The translations under genes were made by a program, and so were the position numbers. From assembly GCA_964493715.1 (NCBI GenBank), contig CAZBPC010000015.1:1-39123 (forward strand): a stretch of 39,123 bases of DNA, read 5' to 3'. Source of the stretch: an uncultured archaeon. GTDB taxonomy: Archaea; Asgardarchaeota; Lokiarchaeia; Sigyniarchaeales; SOKP01. Positions 29,237 through 38,654 of the stretch are shown here, piece after piece. The notes beneath the pieces were generated by a model, which saw only the letters and a list, made by a program, of their open reading frames with translations, was not told where the DNA came from and did no database searches. Each line of letters begins with the position of its first letter. Position 1 is the first letter of the stretch.

Positions 29237-30121
29237 ATGAAATTAGAACCCGAATGTATTGGTTGCCTTTTTAACCAGATTATGCGAGCTTTATCAATGT
29301 TAAACCCAGATCTCCCCACCGAAGAGATTCTCAAGGCTCAAAAAAAACTGATGATCTACATGTCAAGCATCGATATCAATAAAGAAGAAACCCCAATAAT
29401 TGCTAAATTTGTTTATGATATCGTTTCTGAAATACTTAATCAACCAGATCCATATAAGAATATTAAAAAGCAATATAATGAATTAGCACTCAAATATTAT
29501 TCTAGGATAGATAGAATTGTCAATAAAGCAGAAGATCCAATTTTAGAAGCAATAATTGTTGCAGCCATCGCTAATACAATTGATTTTGGAAGTCAGCAAG
29601 AAGTACATTTTATTGACGATTTAAAGCACTTTCAAATGGAAAATTTAGTTATAAATGATTATGAGATATTTAAAGATGATTTAAAGAAAAGCAAGCATCT
29701 TTTAATTGTGGGAGACAATACAGGTGAAATTGTTTACGATAAGCTATTAATTGCTACGATTAAAAAAAAATTTCCCAAGCTCAAAATTATATATGCTGTA
29801 AGATCAGCTCCGATTATCAATGATGTTACTATAGAAGACGCAAAATTCGTAAAAATGGGAGATCTGGTTAAAGTTATTGAATCATGTCCAACACCCGGTA
29901 TTCATATCAAATCCTCTACTGAAGAATTTAAACATTATTTCTATTTAAAGGATAATATTATCATCTCAAAAGGGCAAGGAAACTTTGAAAGTTTATATGG
30001 AATAGATTATCCTGATTTGAAAATCTATTACCTGCTCAAGGCAAAATGTAATCTAATGGAGCGTCTTTTAGATGTTAAAATTGGAGATTTTATTTTTAAG
30101 AAGAAATCTATTGGGTTTTAA
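29237..30121 (+). CDS. DUF89/ARMT1 family damage-control phosphatase
   Basis: N-terminal CxxC, DPY, ANTIDFG, DNTGEIVYD, PIINDVT, SKGQGNFESL, AKC. Confidence 0.92.
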   Translation: MKLEPECIGCLFNQIMRALSMLNPDLPTEEILKAQKKLMIYMSSIDINKEETPIIAKFVYDIVSEILNQPDPYKNIKKQYNELALKYYSRIDRIVNKAEDPILEAIIVAAIANTIDFGSQQEVHFIDDLKHFQMENLVINDYEIFKDDLKKSKHLLIVGDNTGEIVYDKLLIATIKKKFPKLKIIYAVRSAPIINDVTIEDAKFVKMGDLVKVIESCPTPGIHIKSSTEEFKHYFYLKDNIIISKGQGNFESLYGIDYPDLKIYYLLKAKCNLMERLLDVKIGDFIFKKKSIGF

Positions 30122-30612
30122 TCAGTTCCATCTCTAAATTTTTTTAACGCTTGAGTGAAAAATCCAAAATCACCAATTTCTGAATTCTCGGTTATTTTAT
30201 GAAAATATTCTTTAATTTGATTGTAAAGAGCTCTCTTAAATGGTTCAAATATGTTTAAATCTATGTTTTCTCCAATCGCATTTTTGTAGAGCGAATAAAA
30301 CAAATCTAAAGCCTTTTCTGCTTCAAGATGCATATCTTCTTTGACAACATCCTTATTCAAAATAGCAATAAAAACAAGATCATACTTGTTTACAATTATC
30401 ATTTGAATATCTAATCCTTTTATAAAGATTTCTTCAATTTTTCCCATACTTTCACCTCCAAACATGCTTAAGGCACCCACGAAGGAAGAAAGAAGAATTG
30501 GATTGATTTCAGAGTCTAATATGAGATCTACTAAATAAATACCTGTTTCTTTACAAATTACAATACCCTTTAATAATTTGGATATATTTTTTGCCTCTTC
30601 ATTATTAATCAT
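30118..30612 (-). CDS. Longin/roadblock-like domain protein
   Basis: GIVICKETG..L, LLSSFVGALSMF helix, beta strands, then A..LF...Y and F..F helices typical of longin-like folds; 4-bp convergent overlap with the DUF89 gene. Confidence 0.6.
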   Translation of the reverse strand: MINNEEAKNISKLLKGIVICKETGIYLVDLILDSEINPILLSSFVGALSMFGGESMGKIEEIFIKGLDIQMIIVNKYDLVFIAILNKDVVKEDMHLEAEKALDLFYSLYKNAIGENIDLNIFEPFKRALYNQIKEYFHKITENSEIGDFGFFTQALKKFRDGTD

Positions 30613-30786
30613 TGTCAGCTCTTAACCCAATATTCAATTTTAACTGAAAAGAGATATCTTTAGATATAATTATAAGAGTAATGTTATTTATATATTTCTC
30701 AGTTCCTAATATATTGATGGTCTTTAATCAAGTAAGGAATAATTAAGGTAATAATTTAATTGAGAAAAAAATAAAAATAATTTGAC

Positions 30787-31659
30787 CTATTCAATAAGTT
30801 TCCTTATTTTCTTTACAATTTCTTTAAATGCTTTAGTTGATTCACTTTCAGGGTATTTTAAAACGAAAGGTAATCCTTGATCTCCTTGTTGTCCAACTTG
30901 AGTCTCAAAGGGAATCTTTCCTAATAATGTGATATTAAAATCTTGCGATGCTTTTTCAGCACCCCCTGGAGGATATAGATTAATGAATTTATCGCAATGT
31001 GGACATATAAATCCGGACATATTTTCAATTATCCCTAAAACGTTTCTTTCCATTGTTTTAGACATTACTATTGTTTTCCTAGCATCCATTAGAGCGACTT
31101 CTTGCGGAGTTGACACTACGATAATATTTTCATCGGGTATTAATTGTAAAATATCTAAAGTTTCATCTGAAGTTCCTGGAGGTAAATCACAGATTAAATA
31201 ATCAAGTTCTCCCCAATGAGCATCTCCAAGAAATTGTCTTACAGCTCCCATCTTCATTGGACCTCTCCAAATTACGGGCGTGTCGCTGTCTTGCATTAAA
31301 AATGACATGCTCATTACTTTTATATTTAATGGCCCTTCCACAGGATAAAATTTTTTTGCATCGGGATCTACTCTAGGTCTTACTTCCGGACTAATCCCTA
31401 ACATTTTGCTGACATTGGGTCCCGTGATATCTACATCTAATATACCCACACGTAGACCTATACTAGCTAAACTTATTGCAAGATTTACAGCTACAGTTGT
31501 TTTACCAACCCCTCCCTTTCCAGATATAACAACAAGTTTATGTTTGATTTTAGACATGTTATTTTCAATTTGGATCATCCTCTCATCCATCATTTCTTGC
31601 TGACCTTCCTGTACGGTTTTCTTTAAATCAATATCCGGTATTTCTTCTTCATTTGCCAT
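30787..31659 (-). CDS. Mrp/NBP35 (ApbC) Fe-S cluster carrier ATPase
   Basis: SGKGGVGKTT, DVDITGP, WRGP, DLPPGTSDE, ENMS..CPHC. ATG 31659 preferred over TTG 31671. Confidence 0.95.
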   Translation of the reverse strand: MANEEEIPDIDLKKTVQEGQQEMMDERMIQIENNMSKIKHKLVVISGKGGVGKTTVAVNLAISLASIGLRVGILDVDITGPNVSKMLGISPEVRPRVDPDAKKFYPVEGPLNIKVMSMSFLMQDSDTPVIWRGPMKMGAVRQFLGDAHWGELDYLICDLPPGTSDETLDILQLIPDENIIVVSTPQEVALMDARKTIVMSKTMERNVLGIIENMSGFICPHCDKFINLYPPGGAEKASQDFNITLLGKIPFETQVGQQGDQGLPFVLKYPESESTKAFKEIVKKIRKLIE

Positions 31660-31993
31660 TTTAAATATCAACCACTTTATTCTACTTTTAATTTTATATG
31701 CTTCTTATTATAATTTTAAAGATACACTAATATCCTTTAATCTATCGTTAATATTTTGATAAATCTTTGAAGCATTAGATTATATTTCTATATGTTTCAA
31801 TCATATTTGATTATAATTCAAAATATTTTTATGAATGATTATTTAAAATTATAATAATAATTAATTACAATTCTTCTCCATTTTTTAAATTTCTTAATTT
31901 AAAGCTCAAATTATGTGATAAGTAAACTTTTATAGAAATGGATCAAAATATAATTCTAGCTCATTAAAAGTTATTAAAAATAGGTAAAAAAAG

Positions 31994-32386
31994 ATGGAAA
32001 TAATAGCAGTGCCGAGTTATAGAGAAGGAGGATTAAACGAGATTTTCCACCTTAAATTTGGTAGATGTGACAGCTTTACTTTTATAACCATAGATAACAA
32101 TGAAATAACACAAGTTAAAGTAATCAAAAATTTTGCGGCCGACGAACTTGGAGGTGCTGGCACGCAATCAGCTACATTAATTAAAAGTAATGATGCTGAT
32201 AAGTTAATTGTTAGCAGACTAGGATCAAATGCTTCCAAAGCATTAAATTCCTTGAATATTATAACATTTCAAGGACCTGAGCAAGAAATTACAATTAAAG
32301 ATTTAATAAATCTTTACTTAGATGGAAAATTGTCTATGACAAAATCACCAGAGCTCATAAAAAATGCTGAAATGGGGCAAAAGTAA
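31994..32386 (+). CDS. NifB/NifX (COG1433) family protein
   Basis: IAVP, KFGRC..F, GGAG, G.NA..AL. Confidence 0.9.
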   Translation: MEIIAVPSYREGGLNEIFHLKFGRCDSFTFITIDNNEITQVKVIKNFAADELGGAGTQSATLIKSNDADKLIVSRLGSNASKALNSLNIITFQGPEQEITIKDLINLYLDGKLSMTKSPELIKNAEMGQK

Positions 32387-32624
32387 AAAATTGTGTTGTT
32401 TTAAATCATAAATTTATCAATTTAGCCTTAAATAAGTTAATCTTTTGAAAATTTAACCATTTACTAGCTTTTTGTTATTCTTAGCTTAAAACTTGTTATT
32501 TTTTTCAATTAGATATTTACAAATTATCTTAAATTACAGAATAGCATTTTTAATAATTATTCAAAAAAATTTAAATTAGATAAAAATTTAGTTTAATCAT
32601 ACTTTAAAAGGTGAAATAGAATAA

Positions 32625-33071
32625 ATGGTAATAATTGGTATTCCTACTTTTGGAAATAAAGGCTTGAATGAGGTAATAAATAATCGTTTTGGAAGGTGCA
32701 ATAGCTTTACATTTGTTACAATTGAGAATAATGCAATTGTAGAAGTTAAATCCGTTGCAAATAATGCACAAGGTGCAATGGGTGGTGCGGGAATTCAGGC
32801 GGTTCAAATTATTGGTAATAACGGTGCTACAGAAGTTATCGTGGGAAATTTAGGACCTAACGCCGCTAATTCTTTTAACGCTTTAAATATGACAATTTTT
32901 CAATCACCGGGTGGAAATTTGACTGTGAAAGAATTAATAGATTTACGACTGAGTGATAAATTGCCAGTTCTTAAGTCTGCAAATGTTGCAGCTCACGCAG
33001 GAATGGGTGGCGGTGGAGGCAGAGGTGCTGGTCGAGGAATGGGTGGTGGCTCTCAAGGAAGACAATTTTAA
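32625..33071 (+). CDS. NifB/NifX (COG1433, orange-protein-like) with Gly/Arg-rich tail
   Basis: RFGRC, GGAGIQAVQ, GNLGPNA, ANVAAHAGMGGGGGRG tail; AGGTGA upstream. Confidence 0.92.
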   Translation: MVIIGIPTFGNKGLNEVINNRFGRCNSFTFVTIENNAIVEVKSVANNAQGAMGGAGIQAVQIIGNNGATEVIVGNLGPNAANSFNALNMTIFQSPGGNLTVKELIDLRLSDKLPVLKSANVAAHAGMGGGGGRGAGRGMGGGSQGRQF

Positions 33072-33121
33072 TTATATACAAATTATTTAAAAATTTTATT
33101 TAATAAAAAGCAAGACAAAAT

Positions 33122-34045
33122 ATGTTCAAACTCAAGCCCAAAGTTATTTGTGTCACTGGTGGCAAAGGTGGGACGGGAAAAACGCTGGTAGCCGTTAATT
33201 TGGCAGTAATGTTTAAAAATCAAGGTTATAAAGTACTTCTTATCGATGGGGATGTTGAAAACCCGAATACTTTTTTATTATTAAACGCAAAGCTTAAGAA
33301 TAAAACAGAAGTTCTCTATTTCCTACCTAAAATAATTGAAGAAAAATGTACCATGTGTGGATTGTGTGCAGAAAATTGTGAAACACACGCACTATTACAT
33401 ATAAAAAATTCTTACCCTATTCCGATATCAACAGTATGTTCAGGTTGCAAATTGTGCTATAAAATTTGTCCAACTAATGCCATTGACCCTGATTCAAAAG
33501 TTATTGGATGGACTTATACAGCTTCCGCATTTAATATAGATCTTATGCTTGGTGAACTAAAGCCAACCGAAGCGCGCTCAGCAGTAATCGTAAAAAAACT
33601 GATGGGTAATTTGGAATACATTATAAAAACAGAGCCAAAAAAATACGACATCATTATATTGGATACGGCACCAGGAGCTCATTGTGACGTAGAAGAATTA
33701 ATTAGTGGGGCTGATCTCGTCATACCAGTTACAGAACCTACCAAATTCGGTAAACTTGATCTATTAAGAATCATAGAATTGATTAACTTATTAAAGAAAA
33801 AATACAAGGTTATTGTGAATCGATCATCACTACTGGGTTACAAAGAGAAATTTTTAAGAGAATTAGAAGAAAAAGGTATAGAAATTTTAGGCGATATTCC
33901 TTTAGATGAAGAAATTGTGAGTTCGTATTGTCAAGGTATTCCACTCATGGAAGAAACAAGCAAATTTGATAGGAATGGAGTTGGCTACAAATCGTTTGAA
34001 ATTATTTTTGACAATCTAAAGAAATGGGGGGATTTCTCAAAGTGA
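33122..34045 (+). CDS. MinD-superfamily P-loop ATPase with inserted ferredoxin domain (COG1149)
   Basis: GGKGGTGKT, DGDVENPN, CTMCGLCAENC, CSGCKLCYKICP, DTAPG..C, VTEPT. Confidence 0.93.
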   Translation: MFKLKPKVICVTGGKGGTGKTLVAVNLAVMFKNQGYKVLLIDGDVENPNTFLLLNAKLKNKTEVLYFLPKIIEEKCTMCGLCAENCETHALLHIKNSYPIPISTVCSGCKLCYKICPTNAIDPDSKVIGWTYTASAFNIDLMLGELKPTEARSAVIVKKLMGNLEYIIKTEPKKYDIIILDTAPGAHCDVEELISGADLVIPVTEPTKFGKLDLLRIIELINLLKKKYKVIVNRSSLLGYKEKFLRELEEKGIEILGDIPLDEEIVSSYCQGIPLMEETSKFDRNGVGYKSFEIIFDNLKKWGDFSK

Positions 34046-34959
34046 AAAAGATTGGAGTTATAAGTGGAAAAGGGGGAGTGGGAAAAACTTCGCTCGTAGC
34101 ATCGCTAGCTAGCATTGCGTACAAGGATCGTAATATTAGTCTCATGATATTAGATTGCGATGTTGATGCCCCTAATTTAGCTTTGATTTTACCACCTATA
34201 TCTGATGAAGATGTAGAGACCCAGGACACATTTACTACAAAAAAAGCACGATTTTTTGAAGAAAAATGCGTGAATTGTAAACAATGTTATGACGACCATT
34301 TTTGTGAATTTAGCGCGTTAAATTGGAATGAGAAAGACAATATTCCTTTTATTGATTATCTAGCATGTGAAGGGTGTGGTGCGTGTAGGGTTTTATGCCC
34401 GGAGGATGCATTTGAAATTAATCCAGTTAAAAGTGGAGAAATAATAACGTATGAAACAAAAGTCGGATTTCCTTTAATTTATGGTAAGACTAAACTTGGG
34501 AGCACCACTTCAGGTTTATTAGTTTCAGAAGTTAAGCAGCATGCTGCAGATCTCAAAGAATTTGACACCACTAATCTAATTTTAATTGATGGACCTCCAG
34601 GAATAGGATGTCCTGTAATTGCAACAATTTCAGGTTTAGACTATATAGTCGCAATAACAGAACCAACACCATCTGGTTTGCACGATTTATCACGAGCAAT
34701 TGAGATGATTAACCAGTTTAACATTCCTTTCGGGATTGTAATTAATAAATCAGATTTGAAAAGCGCTTCTCAGAAAGAATTATACCTTTTCATTGAAAAA
34801 GCAAATTATGAAATTTTAGGTAGAATTAAATTCGACCTATCAATACCAGAAGCAATGTCATATGCAAAACCTGTTGTAGATTATGCTCCAGAATCAGTAG
34901 CCAGTCAAGCAATTAACAAAATATATATAAAATTAAAACATATTCTCTCAAAATTATAA
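34042..34959 (+). CDS. Second COG1149 MinD-like ATPase with ferredoxin insert
   Basis: SGKGGVGKT, DCDVDAPN, CVNCKQC, CEGCGACRVLCP, DGPPGIGCP, TEPT. GTG start overlapping the upstream TGA (GTGA) preferred over ATG 34024. Confidence 0.93.
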   Translation: MKKIGVISGKGGVGKTSLVASLASIAYKDRNISLMILDCDVDAPNLALILPPISDEDVETQDTFTTKKARFFEEKCVNCKQCYDDHFCEFSALNWNEKDNIPFIDYLACEGCGACRVLCPEDAFEINPVKSGEIITYETKVGFPLIYGKTKLGSTTSGLLVSEVKQHAADLKEFDTTNLILIDGPPGIGCPVIATISGLDYIVAITEPTPSGLHDLSRAIEMINQFNIPFGIVINKSDLKSASQKELYLFIEKANYEILGRIKFDLSIPEAMSYAKPVVDYAPESVASQAINKIYIKLKHILSKL

Positions 34960-35152
34960 CAAAATTAAAACTTTACTGGAACTGAGCATTGAGTTATTAT
35001 TGATATTCAGGATTAATTAAAAACTATTAGATTTATTTATAATTTGATAAATTTAATTTTTTGCACCTAATTAAATTAAGTAAATAAAGCTGCAAAAAAG
35101 CACATTAAAAATAATAAAAAAAGAGTATATTGAGTTTAAATTTATTTACCAA

Positions 35153-36049
35153 TTAATCCCTTTTCTTTAATAAAGAGAAAATAAATGCAAGCAGTATAGG
35201 AATCGTCGTGAAAATCATAAGTAGGCTTAAATTGAAAAGACCAAGAAGAAGACTATAAGATATGTAAAAATAAGAGATAAACAATAGAATTGCTGGAGGG
35301 ATTAGATCAAACCATTTAGTACGTTTTAGGTTAAAACGTTTCCAAACGATCGTTCCTGCTGCAAATATGACCGTAAAAAACATCCAAATCCATAGAATTA
35401 TCCAATGCAAATCGTAAATAAATTGTATTCTACAAATCAACCCTACAATGATTAAGATCCCCATCGCTATTGGCACAACCACCAAGCAAGTATATAATTT
35501 CCGCCCTAATGATTTGTTTCCATCTATTTCATTAATAGTCAATAATTTAAGTTTCTTGCTCTCCTTATTCCAGCTTAACTCATATGGTATTAAATATGCG
35601 ATTGGAATGAAAAACCAACCAATAAAATTAAACCCGGGAATTCCAAAATAGTCTCCACCTGAAAATGACCAAGTCCACGCTCCTAATTCTACGGCAATTG
35701 GGTCCATACCCCAATCCAGACTGAGGGTTATTAAAGTAGTGGTAAGTATTCTTTGCCACAAAGGAAGCTTTAAACGTTCCCCAATTAATATAGCACTATA
35801 GATGATCCCTACCCATGCAAAAGTAACTGATAAGGGAATAATTCCTAAAAGCATAACCGGTTCCGAAGCATATATATAATTCCCAGAAACAACTCCATTA
35901 TATTCCAACAAGAATCCAAAAACGAATAAAGTTATTAACATTAATAATCGTTGTACACGATTCTCACGCGCATCCAATAAAGCGTGAATTATTGCCAATC
36001 CACACATTATATAACCAACAAAGGCGGGAAGTAATTCTAATAATGACAT
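35153..36049 (-). CDS. CruF/DUF422-like membrane protein (carotenoid 1,2-hydratase family)
   Basis: LEY.GV..G.Y.Y, IPL....W, LDWGMDP.AV..G.W.W, GIP..NF.GWF. Confidence 0.75.
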   Translation of the reverse strand: MSLLELLPAFVGYIMCGLAIIHALLDARENRVQRLLMLITLFVFGFLLEYNGVVSGNYIYASEPVMLLGIIPLSVTFAWVGIIYSAILIGERLKLPLWQRILTTTLITLSLDWGMDPIAVELGAWTWSFSGGDYFGIPGFNFIGWFFIPIAYLIPYELSWNKESKKLKLLTINEIDGNKSLGRKLYTCLVVVPIAMGILIIVGLICRIQFIYDLHWIILWIWMFFTVIFAAGTIVWKRFNLKRTKWFDLIPPAILLFISYFYISYSLLLGLFNLSLLMIFTTIPILLAFIFSLLKKRD

Positions 36050-36163
36050 TTTAAATTAACACCCTATAAATATTTTATAACAAGAATAATAGACTTTACT
36101 CTATATATAAATGAATATAAATATGTAAAATAAAAAGAAAAAAGAATAAGTTGGTGATTTTAA

Positions 36164-37009
36164 TTAGTAAATTTTAGGTTTTTCTGGAGGATTTCCTAAC
36201 ATTTCTGACATTAATTGTTGAAAATTATCAAAATGACCCGGAAGTGTTTTTTGAACATAAAAAGCTTCAGCAACTCCTAAACCTGCTTTCTTTCCTATGA
36301 CAGATGCAATAGAACGTAGCAGGTTATTTGCATGTCGAGTGAGCTTTTTTAATTGTTGTTCAGAAACGTTTGCCGGATCGATATTGGGAGCAAATAAATC
36401 GGCTAAGAGTTCTAGAGTCGCCTCAAATTTCAATGCAGCACTCACTTTTTTTTCTAAAGTAGATGAAATATCGACAAACGCATTTGGATAATGCCCTAAT
36501 AATCCCATGAGCCATATTTCACTGCAAGCATGTGGTTTTAATTCATCTTGAAATTGATCCTCATAAAGTAAAGGGAAAGCGGAAAACGCTCCAGCTTCAC
36601 ATGCCATCCTAGCAACTACGACATGATCAGGATGTACTTCGTATTTAGCCCAAGGATCGAATGTTACTACACGATCTGCTTTATACTTTCTTACATGATA
36701 TACTAATTCCTTTCTTAAAACTGCAGGTTCAATGAATCCCGCATCAGGGTATCCTAATATTAAGGTTCCTTTAAATCCTAAGAGCTTATTAGCAGCTCTA
36801 AGTTCCTTTTCTCTCTTTATGGCTACGTCTTCTTTAGTTAAATCGTTTCTAAGAGTTCCAACTTCTCCATTCGTACAACATATAACATATACATCATGTC
36901 CTTCATCTACCCACCTTGCTAGTGTTCCTGCACTAAAAAATGAAAGATCATCAGGATGAGCAATGATTGCTAACACATTTAATTTATCGATTGGAATTTC
37001 TAACACCAA
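36164..37009 (-). CDS. PIG-L/LmbE family deacetylase
   Basis: AHPDD, TNGE.G, R..E...A...LG, YPD, HPDH. Confidence 0.9.
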   Translation of the reverse strand: MVLEIPIDKLNVLAIIAHPDDLSFFSAGTLARWVDEGHDVYVICCTNGEVGTLRNDLTKEDVAIKREKELRAANKLLGFKGTLILGYPDAGFIEPAVLRKELVYHVRKYKADRVVTFDPWAKYEVHPDHVVVARMACEAGAFSAFPLLYEDQFQDELKPHACSEIWLMGLLGHYPNAFVDISSTLEKKVSAALKFEATLELLADLFAPNIDPANVSEQQLKKLTRHANNLLRSIASVIGKKAGLGVAEAFYVQKTLPGHFDNFQQLMSEMLGNPPEKPKIY

Positions 37010-37035
37010 ACCAAGTTAATTTGATCTATTATTAT

Positions 37036-38463
37036 CTATATTGAAAGCTCTTTTTTAGCTTTTTCAATCAACTTTTCAAGATCCTTTTTAATATCCTTTT
37101 CGAGTGGTTCGGGGACGTATTCAGCAAGAATTTTCTCCTTCCTCATTTCACATCGTCTCTTCATGTTAATTGCTCCATTTTTTTGCCATTTCTCATAACC
37201 ATATCGATCTAGTAATGAAGGAACCCATAGTTCATTCCGAATATTATTTCTTGTATGCTTATTACTAAGAAAGGATCCCTTGGGACCAATTTTACTGATT
37301 ACATCAATTGCAAAAGCATCATCATCAAAACTTACTTCGCGATGTAGATTTTCTGTATAGGATATGACTTCGGATTGCATGATAAGCACATCTAACGATG
37401 CTGCTTGATCCATCCCACAAATCCCCATATGCCCATAAATATCTGCTTCTGTTAAAGAACCCAACCCCAATGTGATCCCACTTTCTAATCCTGCTTGAGC
37501 GTCTAATGTTTTTGAATCTGTTAATCCAGCATTAATGTACACTGGAAATCCATAATGTTTACCCATCTGACTCAATGCTATCGAAAAAATCACTTGTTCC
37601 GGACCACCAAAAATAATTTGGGCTGTTTTCATATCAAAAGCGTGACAAATCCCTCCATAACAGATTGGGGTTCCTTCTTGAATTAATTGCGTGATACAGA
37701 TAGCTGCGAGGATCTCGGCATTCTCGATGGCAATAGTTCCTGCAATGGTTGCAGGAGCAGACACTCCCATTTGAGCCATGGGTCCGACTTGAACGGGTAG
37801 ATTCAATTTACAAGTTTCAAATAATAAATCAATCCCATTAAAGGGAAAACTCAAAGGGCTTACTGGTTCAAATAATGGATAAGAAAGAGGGTATTTTTTA
37901 GCATTTTCTTCATCACCTCGAAGAAGCGCGTAAAATTCATTAAGATATCTTGCAGAGGATCTATCATAAAACCAAAATCCAATTGGTTTAGTTGTATTTT
38001 TAACCATTTCAAATGCTACTAAAAGGCAACGCCATTTTAATGGAACTTCAATTGGGTCTGCCATTGCTCCTGGAATGGTAATTGGTTCTAAAAAGTCGCC
38101 AACTTTAACAGCATTTTCTATATCCTTTAAGTTAGGTTGACGTCGATTGCCCTCTAATGAATCCAACCAATGAGCCTGCCCAAAAGAGGTATTATAATTT
38201 CTTTTTCCAAACCCAAATTCTGCTTTTTTAGATAAATCTCTACCATATAAAGTAAATTTCTTGCCAGCTTTAGAAATAAGCTCATTAACTAAGTGAGGAG
38301 GAATTCGCACTAATCCAGTTTGAGAATTAACTATTGCCCCGATATCCTCAAATAAAGAATTAATTTCTTCATGTGGAATTATTACGCCAATGTTCTCAAG
38401 AATTTCAAGAGATTTATTATGAATAGTATCGATTTCATCTCTGGAAAGCATTTCTATTCTCAA
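37036..38463 (-). CDS. MttB-superfamily methylamine:corrinoid methyltransferase, non-pyrrolysine type
   Basis: IH..SLEILE..G, SPL, APATIAG..A..NAE.LA, GLTDSK..DAQAG.E; no in-frame TAG. Confidence 0.92.
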   Translation of the reverse strand: MRIEMLSRDEIDTIHNKSLEILENIGVIIPHEEINSLFEDIGAIVNSQTGLVRIPPHLVNELISKAGKKFTLYGRDLSKKAEFGFGKRNYNTSFGQAHWLDSLEGNRRQPNLKDIENAVKVGDFLEPITIPGAMADPIEVPLKWRCLLVAFEMVKNTTKPIGFWFYDRSSARYLNEFYALLRGDEENAKKYPLSYPLFEPVSPLSFPFNGIDLLFETCKLNLPVQVGPMAQMGVSAPATIAGTIAIENAEILAAICITQLIQEGTPICYGGICHAFDMKTAQIIFGGPEQVIFSIALSQMGKHYGFPVYINAGLTDSKTLDAQAGLESGITLGLGSLTEADIYGHMGICGMDQAASLDVLIMQSEVISYTENLHREVSFDDDAFAIDVISKIGPKGSFLSNKHTRNNIRNELWVPSLLDRYGYEKWQKNGAINMKRRCEMRKEKILAEYVPEPLEKDIKKDLEKLIEKAKKELSI

Positions 38464-38654
38464 TTATAATCAACATCGCAATTTAGATTAATGCTAATAA
38501 TCATAATAACCCAATTCTATATAAAAAGCTATCATTTTCTTTATTAATAGAGCGAGAAAAAAGGTAATTTTTTAAAATGGTGAATTTATGATATATTTTA
38601 ATCCAATAATTTTGAAAAAAAAGATTTTGAAGAAATTTATAAAACGTGATCATT

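Noticed and set aside
31994-34959. Nitrogen fixation or Min cell-division system
   Set aside because: No nifH/D/K; the ATPases carry ferredoxin inserts (COG1149) and no minC/minE is present.
1182-36959. Many short ORFs overlapping larger genes (e.g. 1182..1394, 1757..1999, 2706..2930, 9953..10255, 20517..20891, 28436..28783, 30929..31201)
   Set aside because: Antisense or alternate-frame shadows of well-supported genes, with no motifs.
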